Below are positions 62,261-64,000 of a stretch of DNA of 64,000 bases, piece by piece (the stretch's first letter is position 1; each line of letters starts with the position of its first letter). A model generated the notes under the pieces. The model was not told the origin of the DNA. It was given only the letters and a program-made list of their open reading frames with translations, and ran no database searches. Position numbers and translations under genes: made by a program. This DNA comes from Mobula hypostoma. Its lineage: Eukaryota. The stretch spans positions 228,720,001 to 228,784,000 of the forward strand of contig NC_086097.1 of NCBI RefSeq assembly GCF_963921235.1. Direction: 5' to 3'.

Positions 62261-63124
62261 TGACAGAGGCTAATTCTTGCAAAAGACGAAATAGTAATGT
62301 GAGTTTTCCAGTCCTTTAATGACGCCAAGGTAATTTTGTACAGATACTGAGAATCTCAGGCAATGGAAAAATCAACGTTCACAATTGTGGGCACAACTGA
62401 TAAAAGAGTAAGAATAAATCAGGTTCAAAGCCAAAATTTTGATGAAGGGCTTGATGATGGGATTTTTTCTTAACGTAAAGTGTATGGTGTGTGGAATAGA
62501 TTTCCAGAAATAGTGGTAAAACAAAAGTCCTGTATTTTTATTTAAGGATTCATTGATTGCATTCAGGCCTTGAAGGGTTGATGAATTTAAACAAGCCGAA
62601 TAACATTCTTGCCGGATATAGTCTTCGGAAAGAATGGAAAAGCATGGAATCTTCAAAATTATGTAAGGTAGCAAATGACGCAGAAAAATCTGGACGAAAA
62701 TGCCTCTGTTGCATAGAAACACACATTCAAGCAGTAATAAGGAAATTCAGTGTATTGGGCTTCTAGGTAGTGTTATTGAGGTGCCTGAGAAACAGCTGAC
62801 TTCTGAGTTGGGACATCGCAGATACTTTCTGGATCAATGAGCAGGAAAGCCCCTCCTCACAAACTCATCATATGAGAATAATAGGGCTGCTGCTTTTGGC
62901 ATGGTGCCGACTGGTTGAAATTGCTCAAACATTTACGCTTGTCGACTGTCCATGCAGGAACGTGTGCCTGAACATTGTTGGATGAGAAGAGATCTATAAT
63001 AATCTGTGACTGATTGATTTTAGTCATGTATAGTTTACACATGAAGAGTAGTTGCTTGGGTCCACAGGTATATGCCACAGAGAGTCAAAATAACACTAGA
63101 GAGAGAAAATATCTTTTAGCATCT

Positions 63125-63360
63125 GAGTGTCACTGGCAGAGTCAGCATCTACTATTCCTCCCTAATTACCCTGAGAAAGTAATAGTGATCCCCTTCTTGA
63201 GTGGCTGCAAACCATCAGAGAAAGATATTCCCACCATTCTGGTGAACAGTGAATTTCAGGATTTAGTCCCAGCACTGATTCTGGGCAAAAGTGATACATT
63301 TCAAAGTCTAAGCAGTGTATGACTTGAAGGGAATCAACAGGTGATAATGTCCCCATGCAC
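63125..63360 (-). mobile_element. Ancient CR1/L2-group LINE 3' end, inverted relative to 61780-62260
   Basis: Reverse complement ends ...GATGCTGACTCTGCCAGTGAC and overlaps in homology with 62150-62230. Confidence 0.5.
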
Positions 63361-63497
63361 CCGAAATACTTACAGAAAAGCATACAAGCATAGAAATGTC
63401 CCCACTAACCTGCTGTTTGTTTTAATAGGATCATTGTTAATTAGATTGTAAATGTGGCACTGCATTGCTATCTTTCCAGAGTAGTATTTCACCTCAC

Positions 63498-64000
63498 AAA
63501 CACGAGGAAATCTGCAGATGTTGTGTGACTTTACAGTAGAGTACTCCTCTACTGTAAAGATCGCTGAACACCTACGCTCTGTCCGCCAGAGAAAGCAGGA
63601 TCTTCCGGTGGCCGCACATTTTAATTCCACGTCTCATTCCCATTCTGATATGTCTATCCATGGCCTCCTCTACTGTAAAGATGAAGCCACACTGAGGTTG
63701 GAGGAACAACACCTTATATTCCGTCTGGGTAGCCTCCAACCTGATGGCATGAACATTGACTTCTCAAACTTCCGCTAATGCCCCACCTCCCCCTCGTACC
63801 CCATCTGTTATTTATTTATATGCACAAATTCTTTTTCTCTTTCTCCTTTTTCTCCCTCTGTCCCCCTCACTATACCCCTTGCCCATCCTCTGTTTTCCCC
63901 CCTCCCCCTTTTCTTTCTCCCTAGGCCTCTTGTCCCATGATCCTCTCATATCCCTTTTGCCAATCACCGGCCCAGCTCTTGGCTCCATCCCTCCCTCTCC
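63498..64000 (+). mobile_element. Young Penelope-like element: inverted 5' terminus, GIY-YIG endonuclease C-terminus, 3' UTR (runs off the window)
   Basis: AEHLRSVR..PVAAHFN..H..LRLEEQHLIFRLGSLQPDGMNIDFSNFR* ending at 63778. 63498-63523 equals the element's own terminus in opposite orientation. Confidence 0.93.

Noticed and set aside
1..64000. LINE strand bias as evidence for a host transcription direction
   Set aside because: CR1 and Rex1 copies occur on both strands without a clear skew.
1..64000. RT, GIY-YIG and transposase ORFs as a novel retron-, DGR- or defence-like system
   Set aside because: All are independent, decayed eukaryotic TEs with their own tails and TSDs; there is no operon-like linkage.

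Overview
This is eukaryotic, repeat-dense vertebrate DNA, not a prokaryotic locus. It has no operons, CRISPR, rRNA or intact tRNA genes. The repeat set (CR1 LINEs with (CTATGTT)n tails, Rex1/Babar LINEs, Penelope GIY-YIG elements, V-type and Deu-type SINEs, Tc1, Gypsy) points to a cartilaginous fish, probably a ray; that taxon call is from recall, not a search. About two-thirds of the window is transposable-element debris, often nested 3-4 levels deep. Nearly every long ORF in the track is a TE fragment or its antisense shadow. No host protein-coding gene can be identified, so the window is probably intergenic or deep intronic; there are a few weak candidate exons and one compact promoter/enhancer-like motif cluster at about 22.9 kb. 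The most interesting signals are: (i) non-coding retroelement families that start at a YY1 motif and end in Rex1-like tails; (ii) SINE heads that swap between LINE-derived tails; (iii) minimal hammerhead ribozyme motifs in two Penelope lineages; (iv) a Tc1 whose internal deletion is filled with a copy of nearby host DNA; (v) a near-complete DD34E Tc1; (vi) an RTE LINE worth testing for horizontal transfer. I found no evidence of a genuinely new multi-gene system. Boundaries are exact where TSDs or TIRs are cited and approximate elsewhere.
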